Assembly: GCA_965230955.1 (NCBI GenBank)
Contig: OZ246404.1
Location: 97,184-161,183, forward strand
Origin: an uncultured Candidatus Saccharibacteria bacterium
GTDB lineage: Bacteria; Patescibacteriota; CALEFQ01
DNA: 64,000 bases
Direction of reading: 5' to 3'
The notes under the pieces are model-generated. The model saw nothing but the letters and a program-made list of their open reading frames with translations, made no database searches and was not told the origin of the DNA. The position numbers and the translations under genes were made by a program. Position 1 is the first letter of the stretch. The number at the start of each line of letters is the position of its first letter. This document shows positions 25,084-33,904 of this stretch, in pieces.

Positions 25084-27471
25084 ATGTCCGAACTCCCCAA
25101 ACATTACGATTTCGCCACGCAAGAATCCAAGTGGCAAAAATTCTGGGAAACCGAGAAGATTTTTGAGTTTAAGCCGGATGATGGACGGCCCATTTATTCC
25201 ATCGATACTCCGCCACCGACAGTTTCGGGACGGATGCACATCGGGCATGCTTTTTCTTACGCGCATGCCGATATGATCGCTCGCTATCACCGGATGAAAG
25301 GAGAAAATGTTCTTTATCCTTTCGGCACCGATGATAACGGCTTGGCGACTCAGCTTCTGGTAGAAAAAGAAAAGAAAGTCCGGGCGGTTTCTCTGGGGCG
25401 CGAAAAATTTGTGGAATTAGTCCTGCAAACATTGGAAAACGAACTGCGGCCGGAATACATCAGCGGTTTTAAGCAGATCGGTTTGAGTTGTGATTTTTCC
25501 CTTTATTACACGACGATCAATGAACGTTGCCGGCGCATCAGTCAGTCGGCTTTTATCGATCTTTATAAAAATAAACGTGCTTATCGTCAGGAAGCGCCGG
25601 GAATGTATTGTCCCAAATGCCGCACGGCCATTTCGCAGGTGGAATGCGAGGATCGGGAATTGCCTTCGATCTTCAATGACATTGTTTTCAAAGTCGACGG
25701 ACGCGATCTGATTATTTCCACCACTCGTCCGGAATTATTGCCGGCCTGTGTGGCTGTTTTCTACCATCCCGATGACAAGCGTTATCAATCATTGAAAGAC
25801 CAACAAGCGACTGTTCCGCTCTTTGGTTTCACTGTACCGATCCTGGCCGACCGACGCGTGGATATGGCCAAGGGTACGGGAATTGTGATGTGTTGCACCT
25901 TTGGCGACCAGACCGATATGGAATGGCAAAAAGCCTATCAGTTGCCCATCAAAGTGGCTATCGGCGCCAATGGCAAAATGACGGAATTGGCCCAAGGCTA
26001 CAAAGATCTGTCGATCAAAGACGCGCGGGCCAAGATCATTGAAGACATGAAAGTTCAGAAATTACTGACCAAACAGGAAAATATTGTTCACGCCGTCAAT
26101 GTCCATGAGCGCTGCGGAACGGAAGTGGAATTTATAAAATCGAAGCAATGGTTTATTAAATACTTGGATTTGCGCGACCGGATGCTGGAGTGGGGAAAAC
26201 AGTTAAACTGGCAGCCGAAGCACATGTTCAATCGCTATGAAAACTGGGTCAAAGGCCTTCAATGGGATTGGTGTATTTCGCGCCAGATTTATTACGGCAT
26301 TCCTTTCCCCGTGTGGTATTGTGAAAAATGCGGGGAAATAATTTTGCCGGCTGAAAAAGACTTACCGATTGATCCTCTCAAAGATCAGTCCTCGATCAAG
26401 AAATGTCCCGCTTGTGGCGCCGATAAATTCAAGCCGGAAACCGATGTTTTGGATACTTGGGCCACGTCGTGTTTGACGCCGCGGATCATCAACGAATTAG
26501 CCCAAGCGCGCGGGGTAAAAAAAGATTTGATTCCGCTGAATCTGAGGCCCCAGGCTCACGACATTATTACTTTTTGGCTTTTCAAAACAGTGGTGCGGTC
26601 TCAAATGCAGCTACAGAAACAGCCGTTTGAAGACGTAATGATCAGTGGCTGGGTACTTGATCCCCACGGCAAAAAAATGAGCAAGAGCAAGGGAAACGTA
26701 ATCAAGCCCAAAGATGTGTTTGATAAATTCGGTGTCGACGCGTATCGCTATTGGGCGGCCGGATCCACGCCCGGTTCCGATCACAGCTATCGCGAGGAAG
26801 AAGTCAAAGTCGGAAAACGCCTGGTCACCAAACTTTGGAATGCCGGTAAGTTTTGCGCGCTACATCTTGAGAAATATAAACCCCAGGATGAGCTTGCCGA
26901 ATCCGAACCGGTAGATCGCTGGATACTAAATCAATTGCGCCAAACCATTGAAGCGGCGGCGAAGGGTTTTGAAATTTACAATTATACCCAGGCGCTGGAG
27001 GCGATTGATCGCTTCTTCTGGCGCGATTTCACCGATCGTTATTTGGAATTTGTTAAATATCGGCTGTACGGCACGGATGCCAAATCGAAAACCGCGGCTC
27101 AACAAACTTTATATCAAGTTTTCCTGGCGATTTTGAAACTCTATGCTCCGATCATTCCTTTTATCACTGAGGACGTTTACCAGTTTCTCTATCAAAATAC
27201 TGAAAAGGCAAAAAGTCTGCACCTGACGTCTTGGCCGGAAGTTGAGAAAACCCAGGGTATGCCGGCCGGCGAGTCGGCTGAGTTTGATAAGATACTGGCG
27301 GTGGTGGAAGAAATTAAAAAATTCAAAGCAAATAATAAAATGTCGGTGGCCAAGGAATTGGATGACTACGCGGTGCAAGACGCTGGATTGAAGGAATTTA
27401 TCGCCACGCCGGGATTTATCGCGCACGCGGAATTTGTTCGGCAAGCCATGAGGGTGAAAAACATAAAATAG
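25084..27471 (+). CDS. valS: class I aminoacyl-tRNA synthetase, most likely valyl-tRNA synthetase (short form)
   Basis: PPTVSGRMHIGHAFSY (HIGH), DWCISRQIYYGIPFPVWYC, KMSKSKGN; 796 aa; start at MSELPKHYDF (25084). Confidence 0.7.
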   Translation: MSELPKHYDFATQESKWQKFWETEKIFEFKPDDGRPIYSIDTPPPTVSGRMHIGHAFSYAHADMIARYHRMKGENVLYPFGTDDNGLATQLLVEKEKKVRAVSLGREKFVELVLQTLENELRPEYISGFKQIGLSCDFSLYYTTINERCRRISQSAFIDLYKNKRAYRQEAPGMYCPKCRTAISQVECEDRELPSIFNDIVFKVDGRDLIISTTRPELLPACVAVFYHPDDKRYQSLKDQQATVPLFGFTVPILADRRVDMAKGTGIVMCCTFGDQTDMEWQKAYQLPIKVAIGANGKMTELAQGYKDLSIKDARAKIIEDMKVQKLLTKQENIVHAVNVHERCGTEVEFIKSKQWFIKYLDLRDRMLEWGKQLNWQPKHMFNRYENWVKGLQWDWCISRQIYYGIPFPVWYCEKCGEIILPAEKDLPIDPLKDQSSIKKCPACGADKFKPETDVLDTWATSCLTPRIINELAQARGVKKDLIPLNLRPQAHDIITFWLFKTVVRSQMQLQKQPFEDVMISGWVLDPHGKKMSKSKGNVIKPKDVFDKFGVDAYRYWAAGSTPGSDHSYREEEVKVGKRLVTKLWNAGKFCALHLEKYKPQDELAESEPVDRWILNQLRQTIEAAAKGFEIYNYTQALEAIDRFFWRDFTDRYLEFVKYRLYGTDAKSKTAAQQTLYQVFLAILKLYAPIIPFITEDVYQFLYQNTEKAKSLHLTSWPEVEKTQGMPAGESAEFDKILAVVEEIKKFKANNKMSVAKELDDYAVQDAGLKEFIATPGFIAHAEFVRQAMRVKNIK

Positions 27472-27488
27472 TAAGACGTTGGAATCAT

Positions 27489-27520
27489 AAATAGCCGGGA
27501 TATGCTTCCCGGCTATTTAT
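27489..27520 (+). terminator. intrinsic terminator after valS
   Basis: aaatagccggga tatgct tcccggctattt at. Confidence 0.55.
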
Positions 27521-27603
27521 GTTGACAGATCTTTTGTGGTGAGTTAGTTTATGTCCGCGGTTTGTTTCTGTTTTTTCAATCACGAAGCTGGTAAGGAGGT
27601 AAA

Positions 27604-28029
27604 ATGGGAGGGATGAAATTTCCAATCAGTCGGCCGGGAGAAACATTGGTCATTCATTGTATCGATCCTCGATTTGCTGAGGCCTTCGCGGGACGTCTTT
27701 TGGAACTGCCGGTCAATAAGGCGGTTTCGTTGACTAATCCCGGGGGAATTTTTGATCTGGTATTTCCGTCGCGGAGCCAAGCTGGCGAAAATCTTTGGGA
27801 AAAGATTTCGTTTTCTGTCCGTCATTTGAAATTATCGCAAGTCGTGATTTTTCAACATGATGATTGCCAGTGGGAGCACCACTGGCAAGATCGCTTGACG
27901 ACGTGTCCTTTTGACTTGGTGCCGGCTACAACACAACTTATTGATCGTTTACAGCGGGAACTGGGAGTCAATGTTATTCATGAGCGCGCGATTTTGGAAG
28001 AAGGGGGAATCCGTTTTCAGTCCCTGTAA
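27604..28029 (+). CDS. small protein with beta-carbonic-anhydrase-like metal-site motifs (CxDxR ... HxxC)
   Basis: HCIDPRF and QHDDCQW spaced as in beta-CA; GGAGG RBS; only 141 aa. Confidence 0.4.
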   Translation: MGGMKFPISRPGETLVIHCIDPRFAEAFAGRLLELPVNKAVSLTNPGGIFDLVFPSRSQAGENLWEKISFSVRHLKLSQVVIFQHDDCQWEHHWQDRLTTCPFDLVPATTQLIDRLQRELGVNVIHERAILEEGGIRFQSL

Positions 28030-28048
28030 ACTTAAATGATGGTCTATA

Positions 28049-28088
28049 ATTCCTGGAAACTTGCAAGAGATTCCAGGAATTTTTCTTT
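28049..28088 (+). terminator. intrinsic terminator
   Basis: attcctggaaacttgcaagagattccaggaat ttttc. Confidence 0.6.
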
Positions 28089-28097
28089 ACTAAAGAT

Positions 28098-28126
28098 TTG
28101 CTGCGATCGCAAAAATCTGCTATAAT
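28098..28126 (+). promoter_or_regulatory. sigma70-like promoter TTGCTG-17-TATAAT
   Basis: TTGCTG 28098-28103; TATAAT 28121-28126. Confidence 0.5.
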
Positions 28127-28205
28127 AAAAATATAGAAGAAAATATACATTTCTAAACAAAAATAAAACCTTAGCGGCCTCTTTTGGCTAAGGATAAACA
28201 ATTTT

Positions 28206-29468
28206 ATGATGAAATGCCCCAAATGTGGCGCCAGTATGCCTGAGCACGAAAAATTTTGTATGCGGTGCGGGCAGGCAATGAGTACCAGAATGGCTCCGGC
28301 AGCCACTCCCGCTGCCCCGGTTCCTCCCCAAGCTCCGGCGGCGCCTTTGCCGCCCCAATCGCCGCACGTTTTTCGCCCCGGGATGAAAAAAAATATGATG
28401 GGCCTGTGGATTGGTATCGCGGTGGCGGCGATAGCGGCTGTTTTTTTGATTTTGTATTTTACCGGTGTTTTGGGCGGGCGTCCGACCGGAAAAGAAGTCG
28501 GACAGAGCGAAACTACCGTATCCAATGCCAAAGTTGACGTAAAATGGGAAACGAAAGATACTTTGCCGACCGCCTTTTATCCCAATACCACCGAACGTTT
28601 GATCCGGGTCAAGCTCAAGTCGGATCAGCCCACGAAAGTAAATATTTCGGTTGAGATTCCCAAAATAACCCAAAAAGAAACCAAAACCGTTGATGTAACG
28701 GAAATTGATAAGCCTTATGATTTTAAGCCTGCTTTCTTGAAAGAGGCTTACGGCCCGTTGGACAAGGCTCAGGATACATTTATTGATTTGAAAGTCACCG
28801 ATGAAAAAGGCGGTTCGATTATCAGCGAAAGTATCCCGATTCGGACGCTCTCGCGCAACGATATGGTCTGGATAGATAAAGATGGGACGAAAAATTACGA
28901 ATATATTGCACGTTGGGTCACCAAGGACAACAAAGAAGTAAAAGAATTGGTGCGCAAGGCTTCGGATTACAATCAGAAAATTTGCGGTCAATCGGCGATG
29001 GTGGGATATCTGGGCGATGAGACCATGGTCGCTTGCCAGATGGCGTCGGTTTTTTCCGCCATGCAGGATTATTACAAAATCAAATATGTCGCTTCGCCGG
29101 AGAGCTATCAGACTTCCAATGCCCAAGCAATTCGACTGCCGGAAGAAGTTCTGATGGAAAAAAGCGGTTTGTGTATCGAAACTACTATTCTGATGGCCGC
29201 GGCTCTGGAAAATCTGGGAATGGAGCCAGCCATTATCATTATCCCCGGTCATGCTTGGGTGGCCGTTAAGGCTTATGCCGGAGCGCCGTATTACTTCCAT
29301 CTGGAAACTACCATGCTCGATTCCCCGGTGCTGGATGCCATGACCACGGCGGAACAAGAGTGGGCGCAAAGCGGCGGCAGCGCGCTGGCTATCGTTGATA
29401 TCAAAAAAGCTCGCGCGGACGGGATTTTACCATTCGGTGAAACTGCCGGCGAACCCACGATGCAATAA
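28206..29468 (+). CDS. zinc-ribbon / single-TM / extracellular transglutaminase-like cysteine-protease-fold protein
   Basis: N-terminal KCPKCG...CMRCG zinc ribbon; Pro/Ala-rich linker; TM; C-terminal GLCIETTILMAAALENLG ... IIIPGHAWVAV (transglutaminase-core Cys/His pattern). Confidence 0.65.
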   Translation: MMKCPKCGASMPEHEKFCMRCGQAMSTRMAPAATPAAPVPPQAPAAPLPPQSPHVFRPGMKKNMMGLWIGIAVAAIAAVFLILYFTGVLGGRPTGKEVGQSETTVSNAKVDVKWETKDTLPTAFYPNTTERLIRVKLKSDQPTKVNISVEIPKITQKETKTVDVTEIDKPYDFKPAFLKEAYGPLDKAQDTFIDLKVTDEKGGSIISESIPIRTLSRNDMVWIDKDGTKNYEYIARWVTKDNKEVKELVRKASDYNQKICGQSAMVGYLGDETMVACQMASVFSAMQDYYKIKYVASPESYQTSNAQAIRLPEEVLMEKSGLCIETTILMAAALENLGMEPAIIIIPGHAWVAVKAYAGAPYYFHLETTMLDSPVLDAMTTAEQEWAQSGGSALAIVDIKKARADGILPFGETAGEPTMQ

Positions 29469-29507
29469 TTTTGCCTTTTGAATTTTGCATTATTAATTTG
29501 AAAAAAT

Positions 29508-30509
29508 ATGGTTATCAAATGTCCTAAGTGCGGGGATCCGATCGAAGCGGGCGAGACATTTTGCGGCAAGTGCGGCACTCCGCTTTCCATTCAGTCGCAA
29601 AGTGGTGGACAGGCTCCGCTAGCCGGGGCTCCCGTCGACGGAAAACCCAAGAGCAAAATGTTGCTCTGGATCATCCTCGGCGCGGTGGCGGCCGTCGTGG
29701 TGGTGCTGATATTGTGGCTGACCGGCGTTTTTGGCGGTTCAGCGGCAGTGACTAAGTATCTGAAAAACACTCAGCCGGAATTTCAGACCGTGACTGAAAA
29801 CATGAACAAGCTAAACAAAGCTCTGACCTACGAGACGACGGGCGATGCCACGAAGGACATCGAAAAACTCCAGACCGAAGTAGATCAAATCAAAGCTACT
29901 CAGAGCGCCGTCGACGTCGCTTCGACCAAGCTTAGCGCCCAGACTGCGACCGCGGAAGTGGCGACCCTGGACAAGGACCTGCAGGATTTTTACAAACAAC
30001 TGAAAGCCGACCTGGCCAATCGCTACGAGATCATGAATTATTTTCTGACTTCGGAAAAGATCGGCGATGACCTGGCTCGTTCCGCCGGCAGCAATGAGAA
30101 TATGACTGATATGGTCCAGGTGCAAGAAGCTTTCCGGCAGTTGAAATATGTTTTGGATCAATCGGTGGCTCAATTTGAAAAGATTGCCGTCCCGGCAGTG
30201 CTGAAAGATATGCATAATTCCGACATAAAAATTCTTAAGGACATGTCAAAGATTTTGGGCGATATGGTTTCGGCCATTGAAAAGCAGGATTCTGTCGGGT
30301 TGACGGCCAGTTTCACCCAGTTTGACAAATTGACCAGTGAGTACGATACCAAGGTCAAAAACAAATATAAGGAAATTCTCGAGCCGGAATTCGCGACGAT
30401 GAACAAAGCGCTGGAAAAAGATACGGCGATGAAAGATAAAATCGAAGATGAATTTTCCAAATTCAAAGGCAAATACAATATCCAGGGCGCGGCCTTAAAA
30501 TTATTCTAA
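29508..30509 (+). CDS. zinc-ribbon / single-TM / extracellular coiled-coil protein (N-terminus paralogous to 28206 gene)
   Basis: KCPKCG...CGKCG zinc ribbon, TM LLWIILGAVAAVVVVLILWL, heptad-rich remainder. Confidence 0.55.
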   Translation: MVIKCPKCGDPIEAGETFCGKCGTPLSIQSQSGGQAPLAGAPVDGKPKSKMLLWIILGAVAAVVVVLILWLTGVFGGSAAVTKYLKNTQPEFQTVTENMNKLNKALTYETTGDATKDIEKLQTEVDQIKATQSAVDVASTKLSAQTATAEVATLDKDLQDFYKQLKADLANRYEIMNYFLTSEKIGDDLARSAGSNENMTDMVQVQEAFRQLKYVLDQSVAQFEKIAVPAVLKDMHNSDIKILKDMSKILGDMVSAIEKQDSVGLTASFTQFDKLTSEYDTKVKNKYKEILEPEFATMNKALEKDTAMKDKIEDEFSKFKGKYNIQGAALKLF

Positions 30510-30574
30510 TTTTGGTGATGCCTGGATGGTAGGGGCGAGCGTCTGCTCGCCCCTCTTTGTTCGAAGCGCTAGGA

Positions 30575-30603
30575 TTGACTTGGCTGGTTCTGGTTGTTAC
30601 AAT
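30575..30603 (+). promoter_or_regulatory. sigma70-like promoter TTGACT-17-TACAAT for tRNA-Arg/tRNA-Lys
   Basis: TTGACT 30575-30580; TACAAT 30598-30603. Confidence 0.5.
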
Positions 30604-30633
30604 GCGGCTAGTTTATTGCTAACATAGTGTTTT

Positions 30634-30710
30634 GCACCCGTAGCTCATTTGGATAGAGCGTCGGTCTTCGGAACCGAAGGTAGCAGGTCCGAATCCTGCC
30701 GGGTGCACCA
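30634..30710 (+). tRNA. tRNA-Arg(TCG)
   Basis: GCACCCG TA GCTC ATTTGGATA GAGC G TCGGT CTTCGGA ACCGA AGGTA GCAGG TCCGAAT CCTGC CGGGTGC A CCA. Confidence 0.8.
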
Positions 30711-30730
30711 CTTTGCCGCTTTGGCGGCCA

Positions 30731-30806
30731 TGGGTGCATAGCTCAGTTGGTAGAGCAGATCCCTCTTAAGGATAAGGTCGCAGGTTCGAATCCTGCTGCA
30801 CCCACC
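30731..30806 (+). tRNA. tRNA-Lys(CTT)
   Basis: GGGTGCA TA GCTC AGTTGGTA GAGC A GATCC CTCTTAA GGATA AGGTC GCAGG TTCGAAT CCTGC TGCACCC A CCA. Confidence 0.8.
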
Positions 30807-30855
30807 AAAAAATGTATAGCCTGAATTTGCGCAATAGTGGTAAATAAACCGCCCG

Positions 30856-30896
30856 CCGATTAGCCCGCCGATTCGGCGGGGTTTTTTATAAAAAAG
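30856..30896 (+). terminator. GC hairpin (cccgccgattagcccgccgattcggcggg) + T-run; on the other strand a second hairpin (atcccgataaaag...cttttatcgggat) terminates the 30930 gene
   Basis: Hairpins and T-runs read from sequence. Confidence 0.55.
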
Positions 30897-30929
30897 ATCC
30901 CGATAAAAGTTTTAGCTTTTATCGGGATT

Positions 30930-31478
30930 TTAGACGGCTTCGTAGTGCATCTGGCAGTGGGGGCATTTTTTGATGCCCGGCTCACCGACGCTTTGGTTTG
31001 ATGTACCGCAGCGAGGGCAGGTGGCATTACCTTCGGAATTGATTCTGGCCAGTCGAGCGGTCATACAGCGTGAGCTTGGTTTTCGTGGTGGTGGGGTGGT
31101 GATTGCCGGTGTTTTGGCGGGGAGACTGGGTTTCGGCCGGATCGGTGTTTTCGGTGCGGGGACAGGGCTTACTGGTCGGGGACGTGGCTTGGGAGCCTCT
31201 TTCCTCGGAAGCGGATCTTGTCGCTGGGGGCGGAGAAAGGTGAAAGCGCGTCGCATTTCCGGATCGACGTATTCGAGATACAGGTGCCAGTTGCCATGAG
31301 GATCGGCTTTCCAGTTCATCTCCATTTGCCTGATTGCCTTCTTGGTCTCGGGGACAATTCGATTCCCAAATCGCTGGAGAAATTCAGCCTGGAGTTGGGT
31401 TCGTCCGCGCGGAGTTTTCGTCGAAGGCTTGGCCGCCGGAAGCAGTTGCTTCACAAATCTTATAATACCCTTCAACAT
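30930..31478 (-). CDS. hypothetical Pro-rich protein with C-terminal zinc ribbon (CPRCG...CPHCQ)
   Basis: 182 aa; Pro/Lys-rich middle; terminal CxxC...CxxC. Confidence 0.5.
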   Translation of the reverse strand: MLKGIIRFVKQLLPAAKPSTKTPRGRTQLQAEFLQRFGNRIVPETKKAIRQMEMNWKADPHGNWHLYLEYVDPEMRRAFTFLRPQRQDPLPRKEAPKPRPRPVSPVPAPKTPIRPKPSLPAKTPAITTPPPRKPSSRCMTARLARINSEGNATCPRCGTSNQSVGEPGIKKCPHCQMHYEAV

Positions 31479-31533
31479 AGTATCCTCCTTTCATTGAGGG
31501 GACATAGTACTGTATCCGATCGAGCTTCTGTCG

Positions 31534-32514
31534 TCAATCCTGCTTGGCATCTTTTCGTTTTCGGTTGTGAAATTTATGATACGTTTCTTTCAGCTGATTA
31601 TTAGTAATATGGGTATAAATTTGGGTGGTAGTGATCGAAGCGTGGCCCAACATGGCCTGAACCGAGCGGATATCGGCGCCGTTTAGGAGTAAATCGGTCG
31701 CAAACGTGTGGCGCAGGGAATGGGTGGTGATATCTTTGTTTATGCCTGCGATTTGTGAGTACATTTTAATGATACGCTGAACACTTCTGGGGGTCAATCG
31801 CGGTTGATTCTCGACGGCGTCTTTTTTTGCCCGGCCGACGGATTTGGTGTCGTGTGAAATAAAAAGGGCATCAAAATTATCCTGCCGTCGTTCGAGATAT
31901 TTTTTGAGCGCATCTTTGGCGGCGGGGGAGAGGAAAACGACTCGGGCTTTATCGCCTTTGCCGGTGACGGTGAACTCCTCTTTGTTTAAATTGAGGCTGC
32001 GTCGATTGAGGTTGGCCAGTTCGCTGACGCGCAACCCGGCGGAGAAAAGCAATTCCAGAATCGCTTTATCGCGTAGCGTGGCCAGGTCGATTTCCGGCTT
32101 ATTCTTTGATTTGTATTTAGGATGTTGAAAAGGGGCGGCGAGTAATCTTTCCAGCTCTTCGTCATCAAGATAGCTGATCGAACGGCTTTCGGTTTTGGGT
32201 AATTCGATTTTTTCCGGAGCCAGAGTGGCGATATCTTGCTTTGCTAAGTACTTGAGAAAAGACCGCAGGGCGATAATATGGTAGGCCTGGGTGATTTTTT
32301 TGAGGGGGAGATTGGTGGCGGGATCCAGGTGGCGATTCAGCATCAGGCGATATTTTTTTACCAGCGGCAGGGTGATATCTTGGGGAGTTTTTACCTTCAT
32401 CCAATCCAAAAAACGGCGTAAGTAATGATCGTAGTTCTGGACCGTCTTTTGCGATCGGTTACGCTCTATTTCGCAATATTCCAGGAAATCGATGAGGAGG
32501 TCGGATAAATCCAT
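31534..32514 (-). CDS. xerD: tyrosine site-specific recombinase, XerC/XerD family
   Basis: HSLRHTFATDLLLNGADIRSVQAMLGHASITTTQIYTH (R-H-R-Y catalytic box); N-terminal SAM-like core-binding domain. Confidence 0.85.
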   Translation of the reverse strand: MDLSDLLIDFLEYCEIERNRSQKTVQNYDHYLRRFLDWMKVKTPQDITLPLVKKYRLMLNRHLDPATNLPLKKITQAYHIIALRSFLKYLAKQDIATLAPEKIELPKTESRSISYLDDEELERLLAAPFQHPKYKSKNKPEIDLATLRDKAILELLFSAGLRVSELANLNRRSLNLNKEEFTVTGKGDKARVVFLSPAAKDALKKYLERRQDNFDALFISHDTKSVGRAKKDAVENQPRLTPRSVQRIIKMYSQIAGINKDITTHSLRHTFATDLLLNGADIRSVQAMLGHASITTTQIYTHITNNQLKETYHKFHNRKRKDAKQD

Positions 32515-32523
32515 GGGAAAGAG

Positions 32524-32672
32524 AATTAAGAGGATTAAGATATTAAGATATTAAGAGTATTAAGATGTTGAGAAGGCTAAGATTAGCGTAAAAAAATGAT
32601 TTTCCCGGCAAGTTTAGGTTTCATCTCCTCTCGTAACGTTCTTAATATCTTAATATTCTTAATATCTTATTT
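32524..32672. repeat. TTAAGAT-type AT-rich palindrome
   Basis: attaagaggattaagatattaagatattaagag ... cttaatatcttaatattcttaatatctta. Confidence 0.55.
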
Positions 32673-32706
32673 ATATTGTACGACACATCGGTGAGGACGG
32701 CAAGAC

Positions 32707-32735
32707 TTGCCAAATTGGCATCAAGCTGATAGAAT
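32707..32735 (+). promoter_or_regulatory. sigma70-like promoter TTGCCA-17-TAGAAT for rpsO, followed by a ~100 nt leader
   Basis: TTGCCA 32707-32712; TAGAAT 32730-32735. Confidence 0.5.
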
Positions 32736-32834
32736 GCAATTACTTATAAAGCCTTATATTTACCACTAAAACTGTCGATCACGTTATTTTCTGCCCGGGT
32801 TGGGTAAGAAGACGGATCCGCGGTAGGAAAAACC

Positions 32835-33101
32835 ATGTTAAAGCCTGATACTAAAGGGAAAATTATCAAGAAGTACAAAGTCCACGAAACGGATACCGGG
32901 TCGCCGGAAGTCCAAATCGCTATTTTGAGTGAGGAAATTGAGGAACTGCAAGAACATCTCAATACTCATAAGAAAGATCATCACTCCCGTCGAGGATTGC
33001 TGAAGAAGGTGAATAATCGCCGACGATTACTGACCTATTTGAAGAAAGAAGACGAAAAACGGCACGAAAAACTGATCAAGGCGCTGAAATTAAGAAAATA
33101 A
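32835..33101 (+). CDS. rpsO: 30S ribosomal protein bS15
   Basis: [57 protein letters not shown]; 88 aa; followed by pnp as in the conserved rpsO-pnp arrangement. Confidence 0.9.
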   Translation: MLKPDTKGKIIKKYKVHETDTGSPEVQIAILSEEIEELQEHLNTHKKDHHSRRGLLKKVNNRRRLLTYLKKEDEKRHEKLIKALKLRK

Positions 33102-33131
33102 GAAATAATTGTAACTACTAGACAAAAATAA

Positions 33132-33671
33132 ATGATCAAGAATAAAGAGCAGAGAGTTGGAGTATTTGTCGATGTGTCTAATTTGTATTATTCCGCGCGA
33201 CATTATGGGGCGCGGGTTAATTTTGAAAATTTGCTGAAAGCGGCGGTGGCCGGGCGCAAACTGATCCGGGCGATCACTTATGTGGTGCGAGCCGAGAATC
33301 CCGATGAGGAAAATTTCTTTAAGGCCTTGGATAAAATCGGTTTTGAAGTGAAAGAAAAAGAGCTCCAGGTTTTCGCGGGCGGGCGCAAAAAAGCCGACTG
33401 GGACGTAGGGATAGTCATGGATATGATTAAAATGTCCAGCAACCTAGATGTCTTGGTTTTGGTCAGCGGAGACGGTGATTATATTCCGGCTTTGACCTAT
33501 CTCCAGAATCACGGCAATTTGGTGGAAACGATGTCGTTCGGTGAAGGGACTTCGCATAAATTGATTGAAACGGCGGATGATTTTATCGATATGGGCAAGT
33601 ATAAAGATAAGTTTTTGATCTATCCCGGTAAATCTCCGGTTCCCAAACGATATACTCGTCCGAGATCGTAA
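33132..33671 (+). CDS. NYN-domain (LabA-like) protein
   Basis: VGVFVDVSNLYYSA ... DVLVLVSGDGDYIPAL. Confidence 0.75.
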   Translation: MIKNKEQRVGVFVDVSNLYYSARHYGARVNFENLLKAAVAGRKLIRAITYVVRAENPDEENFFKALDKIGFEVKEKELQVFAGGRKKADWDVGIVMDMIKMSSNLDVLVLVSGDGDYIPALTYLQNHGNLVETMSFGEGTSHKLIETADDFIDMGKYKDKFLIYPGKSPVPKRYTRPRS

Positions 33672-33904
33672 ATTATCTTTGATCGTTGATCTTTGTTCTT
33701 TGACGGGCGAGACTATTTCCCGACTAAAGATCAAAGATTATAGTTCAAAGATTATTATTAATTTTCTTGTCTGCGGACACAAAGACTGTCACCCTAAACT
33801 TGAGCAGGACTCCGGGGGGCTGATGATAAATATTTTGTCATCGGGTCTGTCCTGAACTGGTCGAAGGATAGTCTTCAGCCTGTAGGCAAGAAACGAGCAA
33901 GAAC

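Noticed and set aside
28188-29369. 393 aa minus-strand ORF, Arg/Gly/His-rich
   Set aside because: Fully antisense to the 28206-29468 gene, which has zinc-ribbon, TM and transglutaminase-like motifs. The composition looks like reverse-strand read-through, not a protein.
32515-32830. attR-type repeat of tRNA-Lys 3' end that would define a tRNA-integrated island with the Xer-like recombinase
   Set aside because: No copy of the tRNA-Lys 3' terminal 15-25 nt found in the expected interval.
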